Assembly (NCBI GenBank): GCA_964453525.1 | Contig: CAYVOV010000009.1 | Span: 64,686 to 128,685 of the forward strand | Length of the DNA stretch: 64,000 nt | Direction of reading: 5' to 3' | Source of the DNA: an uncultured Dehalococcoidales bacterium | GTDB taxonomy: Bacteria; Chloroflexota; Dehalococcoidia; Dehalococcoidales; UBA2162 | In this document: in pieces, positions 17,636-26,620 of the stretch | Numbering within the stretch: position 1 is the first letter of the stretch | Layout of the letters: the number at the start of each line of letters is the position of its first letter | Notes under the pieces: generated by a model | Told to the model about the DNA's origin: nothing | The model's database searches: none | What the model saw: only the letters and a program-made list of their open reading frames with translations | Program-made: the position numbers and the translations under genes

Positions 17636-19297
17636 ATGGAGGAAACTGACAGGGAAGGTAACGGAATGAAACAGGTTGAGTCTGTTACTGGAAGAGAATT
17701 AAGAGAAATGCTGGTTACGGCTGCCGGCTGGCTTGAAAAAAGTGCATCTGACGTGGATGCATTGAATGTTTTTCCGGTACCTGACGGAGATACCGGGACG
17801 AATATGCTGCTTACAATGCGTTCCAGTGTTGAGGAAGCCCTTGAGGACGGTAACAATAGTATCTCACAGGTATCACAGGCAGTAGCCAGAGGAGCGCTCA
17901 TGGGAGCCAGGGGCAACAGCGGCGTGATTCTTTCACAAATCTGGCGGGGTCTGGCGCAGGGCCTGCAGGACAAAGAGGTCTGTAACGGCGGTGACCTAGC
18001 TGAGGCATTGAAGCAGGCTGCGGATGTCGCCTATAAAGGTATCAGTAATCCGGTAGAAGGGACCATCCTTACCGTGATAAGAGAAGCCTCGGAGGCCGGG
18101 CTTACTCAGGCAGCCAGTGAGGAGAATGATGTAATAACGGTAATGGAAGCAGTGGTGAATGCCGCCAGTGAATCGGTTGCCAATACTCCGACACTACTTC
18201 CCGTACTGAGAGAAGCCGGAGTAGTTGATGCCGGCGGGCAGGGCCTTTACACGATTCTTGAAGGCGCTCTACGCTATCTCAGGGGCGAGACAGAGCAGAT
18301 GCAGTTCCGCAAGCCTCAGATGATAGCCAGTAATATCCCCCAGCCGGTAAGACTGCCGCAGATGGTGGCCGAAGAAGAAGCCTACGGATATTGCACCGAG
18401 TTTCTGCTTAAGGGGGAAGAACTCAAACCGGACAAGATAAGAACGCGACTAAAGAAAGAAGGCGAATCACTGATTGTGGTCGGCGATGATACTACAGCCA
18501 GGATTCATATCCATACCATGGACCCGGGTAAGGTGATACGCTATGCAACTTCTCTTGGCACCATGCACCAGGTAAGCATCCGGAACATGGACGAGCAGCA
18601 CCAGGACTTTCTGGAGATGCAGAGAGAGAGAGCTCCGGCGGTTGATATCGCCACGGTTGCCGTCGTCTCCGGAGACGGGCTTTCCGAAGTGTTTACCAGT
18701 CTGGGAACAACGGCAATTGTACCGGGCGGGCAGACAATGAATCCAAGCACCAAGGATATACTCCAAGCGGTAAAAACCGTAGCCTCTGATAAGGTAATAA
18801 TCTTGCCCAATAATAAAAATATCGTGCTTACTGCCGAACAGGTACAGGAGTTAACGGATAAAACAGTCGAGGTCGTACCGACGCAGACTATACCGCAGGG
18901 TGTGGCGGCACTCCTCGCCTTTGATTATGAGGCTGATTTTGAAACAAATGCTCAGCTTATGAAAGAAGTATGCTCAACAGTAAAAACCATCGAAATTACC
19001 CGGGCTATACGCTCGGCTCAGCTGGATGGTTTAAGTATTAAAAAGAGACAGACGATTGGCCTGCTGGATGGTGATTTACTGGCAGCAGGGAAAAATTCGA
19101 TTGATATTGTTACCAAGATGCTGGCAAAACTTGATTTAAAGTACAGTGAAATAATCACAGTTTACTATGGGGCGGATGCCAATCAGGAAGAAGCGGAGCA
19201 GGTGAGCGCCAGTATCCGCGAACAGTATCCTCAGCTTCAGGTTGAGGTTGTTCGAGGTGGTCAGCCCTATTATAGCTACATTATCTCTATTGAGTAG
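17636..19297 (+). CDS. DAK2 domain-containing protein (YloV family)
   Basis: VFPVPDGDTGTNM and GARGNSGVILSQ DhaL-type motifs, plus a long C-terminal domain. The DegV gene follows. Confidence 0.88.
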   Translation: MEETDREGNGMKQVESVTGRELREMLVTAAGWLEKSASDVDALNVFPVPDGDTGTNMLLTMRSSVEEALEDGNNSISQVSQAVARGALMGARGNSGVILSQIWRGLAQGLQDKEVCNGGDLAEALKQAADVAYKGISNPVEGTILTVIREASEAGLTQAASEENDVITVMEAVVNAASESVANTPTLLPVLREAGVVDAGGQGLYTILEGALRYLRGETEQMQFRKPQMIASNIPQPVRLPQMVAEEEAYGYCTEFLLKGEELKPDKIRTRLKKEGESLIVVGDDTTARIHIHTMDPGKVIRYATSLGTMHQVSIRNMDEQHQDFLEMQRERAPAVDIATVAVVSGDGLSEVFTSLGTTAIVPGGQTMNPSTKDILQAVKTVASDKVIILPNNKNIVLTAEQVQELTDKTVEVVPTQTIPQGVAALLAFDYEADFETNAQLMKEVCSTVKTIEITRAIRSAQLDGLSIKKRQTIGLLDGDLLAAGKNSIDIVTKMLAKLDLKYSEIITVYYGADANQEEAEQVSASIREQYPQLQVEVVRGGQPYYSYIISIE

Positions 19298-19315
19298 TAC
19301 GGAGGGTTTCTACAT

Positions 19316-20161
19316 ATGGCAGTCAAAATTGTTACCGATAGTCTGTCCGATATAACCAGTGACCTTGCCGGAGAGCTGGGGGTCATCGTAGTGCCGCTAA
19401 CCGTGCTTTTCGGTCATGAATCCTACCTGGACCGGGTTACCATTACAACAGACCAGTTTTACGATAGATTGATTAATGATACAATCTGGCCCACTACAAC
19501 ACAGCCTACTCCGGCTGCGTTCGCCGAAGTCTATAATGAACTGGCTAAAGAAACCGATGAGATTCTCGTGGTCACCCTTTCCAGCAAGCTCAGCGGTACT
19601 TATGAGTCGGCAATGAATGCCAGGAATCTGATTGAGGGAAAGTGCCGTATCGAGGTAATCGACTCGAAAACTGTTGCCGGAGGGCTGGGACTGATAATCA
19701 TCTCTGCTGCCAATGCGGCAAAAGAGGGGGCAAGCCTGGACCAGCTTATCGAGTCCGTTCATAGTGCAATGAACCGTTCCCATTTCATCGTCTATTTCGA
19801 TACTCTAACCTATCTGGCCAAGGGAGGGCGTATCGGCAAGGCGAAGGAACTGTTGGGCTCGGTGCTGTCGGTAAAGCAGATACTTGCTATAAAAGACGGT
19901 GAACTGGTTCCTTTAACAAGGAAGCGGTCTTTGTCGGCGGGCATGGACTATTTGTACAGTTTCGTAGCCGGTTTCTCGAATATCGAGGGGCTGGGTGTGG
20001 AACACACCACTACTCCGGAAGCGGCAGATAATCTGGCTAAACGTCTGGGCAGTGTTTTCCCTGAGGATAAAATTTTCAGGTCAACAGTCAGCCCGGTGCT
20101 GGGAGTCCATGGCGGTCCTGGTGCAGTAGCGGTTACCGTCCTTGAGGCGGAGAAGAAATAA
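19316..20161 (+). CDS. DegV family fatty-acid-binding protein
   Basis: VKIVTDSLSDI, SSKLSGTYESA and LAKGGRIGKA motifs. Confidence 0.9.
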   Translation: MAVKIVTDSLSDITSDLAGELGVIVVPLTVLFGHESYLDRVTITTDQFYDRLINDTIWPTTTQPTPAAFAEVYNELAKETDEILVVTLSSKLSGTYESAMNARNLIEGKCRIEVIDSKTVAGGLGLIIISAANAAKEGASLDQLIESVHSAMNRSHFIVYFDTLTYLAKGGRIGKAKELLGSVLSVKQILAIKDGELVPLTRKRSLSAGMDYLYSFVAGFSNIEGLGVEHTTTPEAADNLAKRLGSVFPEDKIFRSTVSPVLGVHGGPGAVAVTVLEAEKK

Positions 20162-20236
20162 CAGACAATAAATCAGGATTGGGCTTCTTTTAGCCGTGCC
20201 GGCAGCTATAGCCTTAAGGAGTACGGAGGCGGAACT

Positions 20237-22696
20237 ATGTCGCTGAATACTGAGCCTCTGCGCAAAATCATCGAGCTTGAGTGCAATAAAGGCTATGCGG
20301 ATTCGACGGTAATTGGTGGTCTGGATAAATTTCTCCATAACTGGGCCGGTCAGGCCGCAGAGTCTATTACCTCCCCAAAGCTCCTACGCCGTTTTAACAG
20401 ACTTCATCTTGATAAATCAGACTACTCCTCGCTATCCAGGGAGCAGCGTAAAGAGTGGATAGACAACCTACTCAAATTCCTTGCCGAAGTCGAGGATAGT
20501 GAAAAAGAAACAGTTGAAGTCAGTCAACCCCCAGAAGTCAGTAAACTACCACCGAAACTGAGACCAAAACGGGTGACATCTACCATATCAATCGATTCAC
20601 CGATTACCGTTGTCAAAGGTATCAGTTCAGCGATGGCAACACGGTTCGGTAAACTCGGCGTCAGAACCGTCCGTGATTTACTTTATTTCTTCCCTCACCG
20701 CCACCTCGACTACAGCCGGAGGAAATATATCTCACAGCTTACCGAGGGCACTGAAGAGACTATCGTGGCTAACGTCTGGCAGGCACAGGAGACGAGGCTC
20801 GGCGGAAGGCGGAGGAGTACCGAGGCTATCGTCGGCGATGAAACCGGTAATGTCAGGGTGGTATGGTTTAACAATCCGTATGTAGCAAAAGCATTGACCA
20901 CGAATAAGAGGGTTGTTATCAGCGGCAGGGTCGGCTTGTTCAGGGGACAGCATGTTTTTCAGTCTCCTGAGTGGGAGCTTGTCGAAGACAAAGAACTGAT
21001 TCATGTCGGTCGCCTGGTTCCTCTCTATTCCCTCACCCAGGGGTTACGCCCCCGCCAGGTAAGGAAGCTAATGAAGAATGTCATTGACACGTGGGCATGG
21101 CAGGTCGAGGAGTTTCTTCCGCTGGAGTTGAGGGAAAGACAGAAGCTGCTTGAGTTGCCCCAGGCAATCAGCCAGGCGCACTTCCCCGATGATGACGGTA
21201 TGAAAACACGGGCAAGGGTACGCCTAGCTTTTGATGAGCTTTTTCTCCTTCAACTGGGCGTGCTGAGCAAGAAGCGCGACTGGCAGGAAAGCCAGCCGGG
21301 CAGTGCCATAGCCATCGAGAAAGAGGTACTGGACACTTTTTTGAAATCTCTGCCCTTTGAGCTTACCGGAGCCCAGCAAAGAGCACTTGATGAGCTACTT
21401 ACCGACCTCGAGAGACGGCAGGCGATGTCCCGTTTACTCCAGGGTGACGTTGGCAGTGGCAAGACGGTGGTAGCCACCGCCGCATTGCTTATGGCGGCAG
21501 CCAATGGCTGCCAGGGAGCACTGATGGCACCGACTGAAATTCTTGCCACCCAGCATTTTTCTACAATCTGCCAGCTTCTTTCGGGAACAGCAGACCCGGA
21601 AGATGAAGATGACTATCTAAAAAGCTATTCAGGCCTTTTATCCCGCCCCCTTACCGTGGCTCTGCTGATAGGCGCCATTACCCAGACCAAGAAGCGCGAG
21701 ATTCAGCAGCGAGTACAGGACGGGAGCATAGATATCGTCATTGGCACTCACGCCCTTATTCAGAAGGAGGTGGAGTTCCATAAGCTGGGGCTGGTGGTGA
21801 TAGATGAACAGCACCGCTTCGGCGTTGAGCAGCGCTCCGCCCTGCGTCAGAAAGGCTATAACCCTCACCTTTCGGTAATGACGGCAACGCCGATTCCCCG
21901 GACACTTGCCCTGACCCTTTACGGCGACCTCGACCTCTCGGTGATTGACGAGCTTCCCCCGGGAAGGCTGGCGGTGAAGACGAAATGGCTCAAGCCGTCA
22001 CAGAGGAAAAGCGCCTATGACTTCATAAAAAAACAGGTGAGTGAGGGAAGGCAGGCATTCATTATCTGCCCGTTAATCGAGGAATCGGAGGCCGTGCAGG
22101 CGAGGGCGGCTGTCGCCGAGTACGAGCGCCTGGCAAATGAAGTCTTTCCCGAACTGAAGCTGGGGCTGCTCCACGGACGTATATCATCGGCGGAAAAGGA
22201 AGAGGTGATGCAGCGCTTCTACTCCGGCGAGCTTCATATCCTGGTGGCAACGCCGGTGGTTGAGGTGGGCATCGATGTACCGAATGCCACGGTAATGCTT
22301 GTCGAGAGCGCCGACAGATTCGGCCTGTCTCAACTGCACCAGTTCCGGGGCAGGGTGGGCAGAGGGCAGGAACAGAGCTACTGCATGCTGCTGGCGGAGA
22401 ACCCTTCGCAGGTGGCGAGGCAGCGCCTGGATATAATAGAAAGCACGCAGGACGGCTTCAAGCTTGCCGAGGAGGATTTAAAGCTGCGCGGACCCGGGGA
22501 ATTCTTCGGCACCCGCCAGAGCGGCCTGCCCGACCTCCGGATGGCGAAAATCTCCGATGTCCATCTACTTGAAATAGCCCGCAACGAAGCAATGAAACTC
22601 TTCGAAAAAGATAAAAACCTCAAAAACCCCGAACACACACTCCTCGTCAAAGAACTCGCCCGCGTCTGGACAGAACAGGCCGGTGAGTGGAGTTAG
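20237..22696 (+). CDS. recG: ATP-dependent DNA helicase RecG
   Basis: LTGAQQRAL, GDVGSGKT (Walker A), VIDEQHRFGV (DEQH), TATPIPRTL, LHQFRGRVGRG. Confidence 0.96.
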   Translation: MSLNTEPLRKIIELECNKGYADSTVIGGLDKFLHNWAGQAAESITSPKLLRRFNRLHLDKSDYSSLSREQRKEWIDNLLKFLAEVEDSEKETVEVSQPPEVSKLPPKLRPKRVTSTISIDSPITVVKGISSAMATRFGKLGVRTVRDLLYFFPHRHLDYSRRKYISQLTEGTEETIVANVWQAQETRLGGRRRSTEAIVGDETGNVRVVWFNNPYVAKALTTNKRVVISGRVGLFRGQHVFQSPEWELVEDKELIHVGRLVPLYSLTQGLRPRQVRKLMKNVIDTWAWQVEEFLPLELRERQKLLELPQAISQAHFPDDDGMKTRARVRLAFDELFLLQLGVLSKKRDWQESQPGSAIAIEKEVLDTFLKSLPFELTGAQQRALDELLTDLERRQAMSRLLQGDVGSGKTVVATAALLMAAANGCQGALMAPTEILATQHFSTICQLLSGTADPEDEDDYLKSYSGLLSRPLTVALLIGAITQTKKREIQQRVQDGSIDIVIGTHALIQKEVEFHKLGLVVIDEQHRFGVEQRSALRQKGYNPHLSVMTATPIPRTLALTLYGDLDLSVIDELPPGRLAVKTKWLKPSQRKSAYDFIKKQVSEGRQAFIICPLIEESEAVQARAAVAEYERLANEVFPELKLGLLHGRISSAEKEEVMQRFYSGELHILVATPVVEVGIDVPNATVMLVESADRFGLSQLHQFRGRVGRGQEQSYCMLLAENPSQVARQRLDIIESTQDGFKLAEEDLKLRGPGEFFGTRQSGLPDLRMAKISDVHLLEIARNEAMKLFEKDKNLKNPEHTLLVKELARVWTEQAGEWS

Positions 22697-22699
22697 GGT

Positions 22700-23428
22700 G
22701 TGAAAATGATTAATAATACTATCAAGATTGGATTGAAAGTAATAATTGTTCTGTGTTTACTAACGCTTCCAATCGTATTTATATCGCTGTGGAATGTACC
22801 TTTGGCTCAAAGTATATTCCCGTTCCTAGAAATTTCAACAGAATTCCCCTCAAAAATAATCGCTGGTTACACTGCGGTATTAGCTTGGGCTACAATATTA
22901 CTCGGATATTTTGCTTTTTCCACGATACAAAATAATAAAGAGCAAAGGTTAGACAGTTTTCGTCCTTTACTTGTACCAGCTGGTGGCTCACTTGGTATTG
23001 GATATATAAAACACTCAGAATCAGGATATGAGAGTCTCTCAGGTGAAAACATGCTTCATGTGCACAATATCGGTGTGGGACCTGCCGAAAATATAGCCAT
23101 ACGACTGGAACTACGGTCTGATAAAGGAGCACATAATGTTCAATTGGATGAGATGTTAACTTTCGTTGAGCCGCTTGCATCAGGTCATAAGGGAATAGTT
23201 CGTCAATGGAAGACCATTGAACAGGAGGTTGAAATCTACGATGACCATTGGCTAGTTATTAGCTATGATGACTTGTTCCACCGTCATTTTGAGACGGAGG
23301 CTCGATACATAAAGGAAAGTTGTAGTTGGGTAAGTATGAGAACCATACAAGTAAGAAAACTTCGTCCGCGCGGAAGGGATATAGATTACTACTCAGGTCT
23401 TTCTGGCGATAGCGAAGAACAGAATTAA
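22700..23428 (+). CDS. hypothetical membrane protein (2 N-terminal TM helices; paralogue of 2439..3116)
   Basis: Starts 3 nt after the recG stop. Two hydrophobic helices are followed by EQRLDSFRPLLV and LHVHNIGVGPA motifs, matching ORF 2439. AT-rich relative to its flanks. Confidence 0.7.
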   Translation: MKMINNTIKIGLKVIIVLCLLTLPIVFISLWNVPLAQSIFPFLEISTEFPSKIIAGYTAVLAWATILLGYFAFSTIQNNKEQRLDSFRPLLVPAGGSLGIGYIKHSESGYESLSGENMLHVHNIGVGPAENIAIRLELRSDKGAHNVQLDEMLTFVEPLASGHKGIVRQWKTIEQEVEIYDDHWLVISYDDLFHRHFETEARYIKESCSWVSMRTIQVRKLRPRGRDIDYYSGLSGDSEEQN

Positions 23429-23486
23429 GTTATGATTAGGTAGCAGTACAGGTTTTTCCCTGTTAAGGATAAGCCAAGGAGTATCT

Positions 23487-23507
23487 AAGAGGGGCTTCGC
23501 CCCTCTT
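23487..23507 (+). terminator. GC-rich UUCG-loop hairpin ('Rep-3' core), terminator-like
   Basis: aagaggggc-ttcg-cccctctt followed by cctagtttcttcc, 59 nt after the stop of ORF 22700. Confidence 0.4.
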
Positions 23508-23517
23508 CCTAGTTTCT

Positions 23518-23688
23518 TCCCCCTCTCCTTTGATAAAGGAGAGGGGGATACAGGGGGTGAGGTTTCATTAATTTTATTGCCTGCTCCACCCTGAGATTCT
23601 TCGCCCACCAGAGGTGGGCTCCAGAATGACACCATGTGATTTGTCATGCTGGAGGGAGCGCAGCGACCGAAGCATCTCAGGGAGGGGG
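23518..23688. repeat. Rep-3 second hairpin plus an inverted pair of 'ccaccctgagattcttcg...ccagaatgac' units
   Basis: cccctctcctttgataaaggagagggg; unit 23584-23630; inverted variant gtcatgctggagggagcgcagcgaccgaagcatctcagggaggg at 23643-23686. Confidence 0.85.
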
Positions 23689-23723
23689 TTAGAGAACAGC
23701 GGTCACGTGGTATAATCACTTTC

Positions 23724-24032
23724 GTGAAACAATATTATGTTTACATTATGTCTAATAAATCCGGCACTTTGTATACCGGGATAACTAATGATTTGGAGCA
23801 GCGTGTCTGCCAACACAAGAGCCAGCAAATCGAAGGTTTTACTAAAAAATACAGAGTTACCCACCTTCTATATTTTGAGTCCACTGATGACGTTACTACG
23901 GCAATTATGAGAGAAAAACAAATAAAAGGAATGCTAAGAAGTAAGAAAATCGAACTGATAAAAACAATCAATCCGCAGTTGAAAGATTTAAGTGGGGACT
24001 GGTTGGATAAGAATGGCACCTCCCCACCCTAA
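23724..24032 (+). CDS. GIY-YIG nuclease family protein (URI-domain, COG2827-like)
   Basis: KQYYVYIMSNKSGTLYTGITNDLEQRVCQHK...REKQIKGMLRSKKIELI. GTG 23724 is chosen so that the first beta-strand (YYVYI) is included; the start is uncertain (track ORF starts at 23646, ATG at 23748). TGgTATAAT lies at 23708-23716. The stop codon lies inside the downstream repeat. Confidence 0.8.
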   Translation: MKQYYVYIMSNKSGTLYTGITNDLEQRVCQHKSQQIEGFTKKYRVTHLLYFESTDDVTTAIMREKQIKGMLRSKKIELIKTINPQLKDLSGDWLDKNGTSPP

Positions 24033-24205
24033 GATTCTTCGCCCACCAGAGGTGAGCTCCAGAATGACAGTTGAGTTTGCGATTACCGCATCACCCGCCG
24101 AAGGCGGACTCCTCACAACGACAAAGGAAGTGCTCCTTGCAATGACAGAAGAAACACTTCTGTGCAATGACAGAGGAAATGCTACATACCATGACACATT
24201 GATTA
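24021..24205 (+). repeat. direct copy of the 45-nt unit plus a run of short '...gcaatgac' hairpin units
   Basis: tccccaccctaagattcttcgcccaccagaggtgagctccagaatgac (24021-24068) differs from 23584-23630 at about 2-3 positions. It is followed by cccgccgaaggcgg, aaggaagtgctccttgcaatgac and agaagaaacacttctgtgcaatgac. Confidence 0.85.
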
Positions 24206-24451
24206 CCCCCTCCGGTCAGCTTTGTGTTATAATTTTTGGGTTGACACCTCAGATAACTCAGACCGGAGGATACTGACACGGAAATACTTGAAATACGGAA
24301 TAGATTAGCCGGGCTTTTAAACGGGGCGGCGGCTGAAGCCCAGAAGGCAGGCTCGCTGCCCTCGGTAGCTTTACCGGAGGTAACCATTGAGCGTCCCCAG
24401 AATCCGGAGCACGGAGACTATGCCTCAAGCTTTGCTCTAAGACTGGCGAGA

Positions 24452-25948
24452 GTGGCCGGAAAGAAGCCAATGGATATTGCCGATGACCTGATAAGCCTGA
24501 TTGCTCCCGGTCCGGAGATTGAGAGTATTGTTACCGCTGAGCCGGGATTCATTAATTTCACTCTGAGCGGCGAATGGCTTGCCAGCCAGGTTGAAACAAT
24601 CCTGAAAACCGCTGATAGCTACGGTAATATCGACCTCGGTAAAGGCAGCCGGGTGCAGGTAGAGTTCGTCAGCATCAATCCAACCGGACCTCTGCACGTC
24701 GGGCACGGACGTGGCGCCGTTCTCGGCAGCACACTGGCAGATGTGCTGGCTGCGGCCGGGTATAACGTGGAGAAGGAGTATTACTTTAACGATGCCGGCA
24801 ACCAGATGGACGCCTTTTACCGCTCACTGTACGCCCGTTATGTGCAGGCTATGGGCAAAGATGTGGAAATGCCTGATGATGGCTACCACGGCAATTACAT
24901 GGTCGATATGGCAAAAGAGCTTGTAACCACTGAAGGAGACCGCTTTCTCAAGCTTGGCGAGGCTGAGGCTATTGTCGAACTTGGCAAACTGGGGCTGGAG
25001 AAGGTTATTAGCGGAATTAAGGATGAGCTCCACCTTCTCGGAGTTACCTTCGATAGCTGGTTTACCGAGCGCAGCCTGTACGAGAACGGCCAGTATGACC
25101 GGGTTATGGAGTTGTTGCGTCAGGGAGGTTTTATCGCCGATAAGGAAGGTGCCACCTGGTTTGTTTCAACTGCCCTCGGTGAGGATAAAGATAATGTGGT
25201 GGTGAGGGGGGACGGCTCACCCACTTACTTTGCCACCGATATCGCCTATCATTATAACAAGTTTATCGAGCGTAAATTCGACCGGATAATTGACATCTGG
25301 GGCGCTGACCACCAGGGTCATGTTCCCCGTCTCAAGGCAGCCGTTGGCGCTCTCGGCATTGACCCCGAACAACTTGAGATTATTATTCACCAGATGGTAA
25401 CCCTGCGGCGCGGCGGCGAGATAGTCCGAATTTCCAAGCGCAGCGGAGATATGATTACCCTGAGTGAGCTTATAGAAGAGGTAGGAAAAGATGCCTGCCG
25501 TTTCTTCTTTTTAGCCCGCTCGGCTAACAGCCAGATGGACTTCGACCTCGAGCTGGCTAAAAAAGAATCGCAGGACAATCCCGTCTACTATGTCCAGTAC
25601 GCTCACGCCCGTATCGCCAGTATCCTCCGCCTGGCTGAAGAGAGAGGGATTGATTACAGTGACGGGGACGTTTCACTGATAAAGACCGAGCCGGAGCTAA
25701 CCCTGATACGCAAGCTGTTACTCCTACCGGAACTCATCGAGCTTGCAGCCCGGAATCTGGAGCCTCACCACCTCACCTATTACGCTCAGGACCTGGCTAC
25801 AGTATTCCACAGCTTCTACAAGCAGTGCCGGGTGGTATCGGATGATGCTGCCCTTACCAAAGCTCGATTGAAGCTTGTCGAGGCAGCAAAGATAGTCCTG
25901 GCAAGAACCCTTCACCTGATGGGAATGACTGCTCCGGAGAGGATGTAG
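24452..25948 (+). CDS. argS: arginine--tRNA ligase (conserved N-terminus continues upstream to ~24260 without a canonical start)
   Basis: [15 protein letters not shown] (HIGH) and the C-terminal anticodon-binding region. The in-frame upstream translation [14 protein letters not shown]...[20 protein letters not shown] is typical ArgRS N-terminus. The GTG at 24452 is only the first canonical start codon. Confidence 0.9.
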   Translation: MAGKKPMDIADDLISLIAPGPEIESIVTAEPGFINFTLSGEWLASQVETILKTADSYGNIDLGKGSRVQVEFVSINPTGPLHVGHGRGAVLGSTLADVLAAAGYNVEKEYYFNDAGNQMDAFYRSLYARYVQAMGKDVEMPDDGYHGNYMVDMAKELVTTEGDRFLKLGEAEAIVELGKLGLEKVISGIKDELHLLGVTFDSWFTERSLYENGQYDRVMELLRQGGFIADKEGATWFVSTALGEDKDNVVVRGDGSPTYFATDIAYHYNKFIERKFDRIIDIWGADHQGHVPRLKAAVGALGIDPEQLEIIIHQMVTLRRGGEIVRISKRSGDMITLSELIEEVGKDACRFFFLARSANSQMDFDLELAKKESQDNPVYYVQYAHARIASILRLAEERGIDYSDGDVSLIKTEPELTLIRKLLLLPELIELAARNLEPHHLTYYAQDLATVFHSFYKQCRVVSDDAALTKARLKLVEAAKIVLARTLHLMGMTAPERM

Positions 25949-25953
25949 GAATA

Positions 25954-26499
25954 CTATCCCAAATCTCTGGCATCGAGTCTTTCCTTTTTATACATTTCAG
26001 CCCATTCCTCGTAGATTTTATGGCTGTTCTCTATCCACCATACCTGCTCGTCGGAGATTTTTCCTTTAATCTCGGCGGGGACGCCGACGACGAAAGACCT
26101 CTCCGGTATTATCATCTTTTCCCTGACCACGCAGCCGGCGGCAATTATCGAGTAGTCGCCAATCTCAACATCGTGAAGGATTGAGGCCATAATACTTATC
26201 ATTACATTGTTGCCTATTTTTTTACCGTTGGAAATGGCGCCGTGTCCAAAGACCACATTATCGCCGATAGTGACATCACCAATCCAGGGGATGGTGGGTG
26301 TCCCTGAATGAATAACGCAATTATCTTCAATAGCGGTATTCTTACCAATTGTTATTTTGCCCATATCGCCCCTGATTACCGCCCCGGGCCAGATACTTGA
26401 ATTTTCACCAATCTCCACGTCACCGATTACATATGCCGTTTCACTGATGAAGGCGGAATCGGCTATTTTCGGTGTCTTGCCGTTAAAGCTCCTTATCAT
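25954..26499 (-). CDS. gamma-carbonic-anhydrase-like hexapeptide-repeat protein
   Basis: MIRSFNGKTPKIADSAFISETAYVIGDVEIGENSSIWPGAVIRGD, with left-handed beta-helix repeats. Confidence 0.85.
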   Translation of the reverse strand: MIRSFNGKTPKIADSAFISETAYVIGDVEIGENSSIWPGAVIRGDMGKITIGKNTAIEDNCVIHSGTPTIPWIGDVTIGDNVVFGHGAISNGKKIGNNVMISIMASILHDVEIGDYSIIAAGCVVREKMIIPERSFVVGVPAEIKGKISDEQVWWIENSHKIYEEWAEMYKKERLDARDLG

Positions 26500-26620
26500 T
26501 ACTTTTACTTTCCCTCCTGATAGACCAATAATATCAGTTAGCTTCAAAAGCGGTCAAACCTGCCTTGTTGTTATGTTACTGTTATGTTACACTTTTCAAG
26601 TGAGGAGATTTTTGTAAAAG

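Noticed and set aside
26548-26620. T-box or leader-peptide attenuator upstream of trpS. A trp leader upstream of trpE was also considered.
   Set aside because: The trpS spacer is only 73 nt, too short for a T-box (~200 nt), and no Trp-codon leader ORF is present. The region upstream of trpE lies outside the window.
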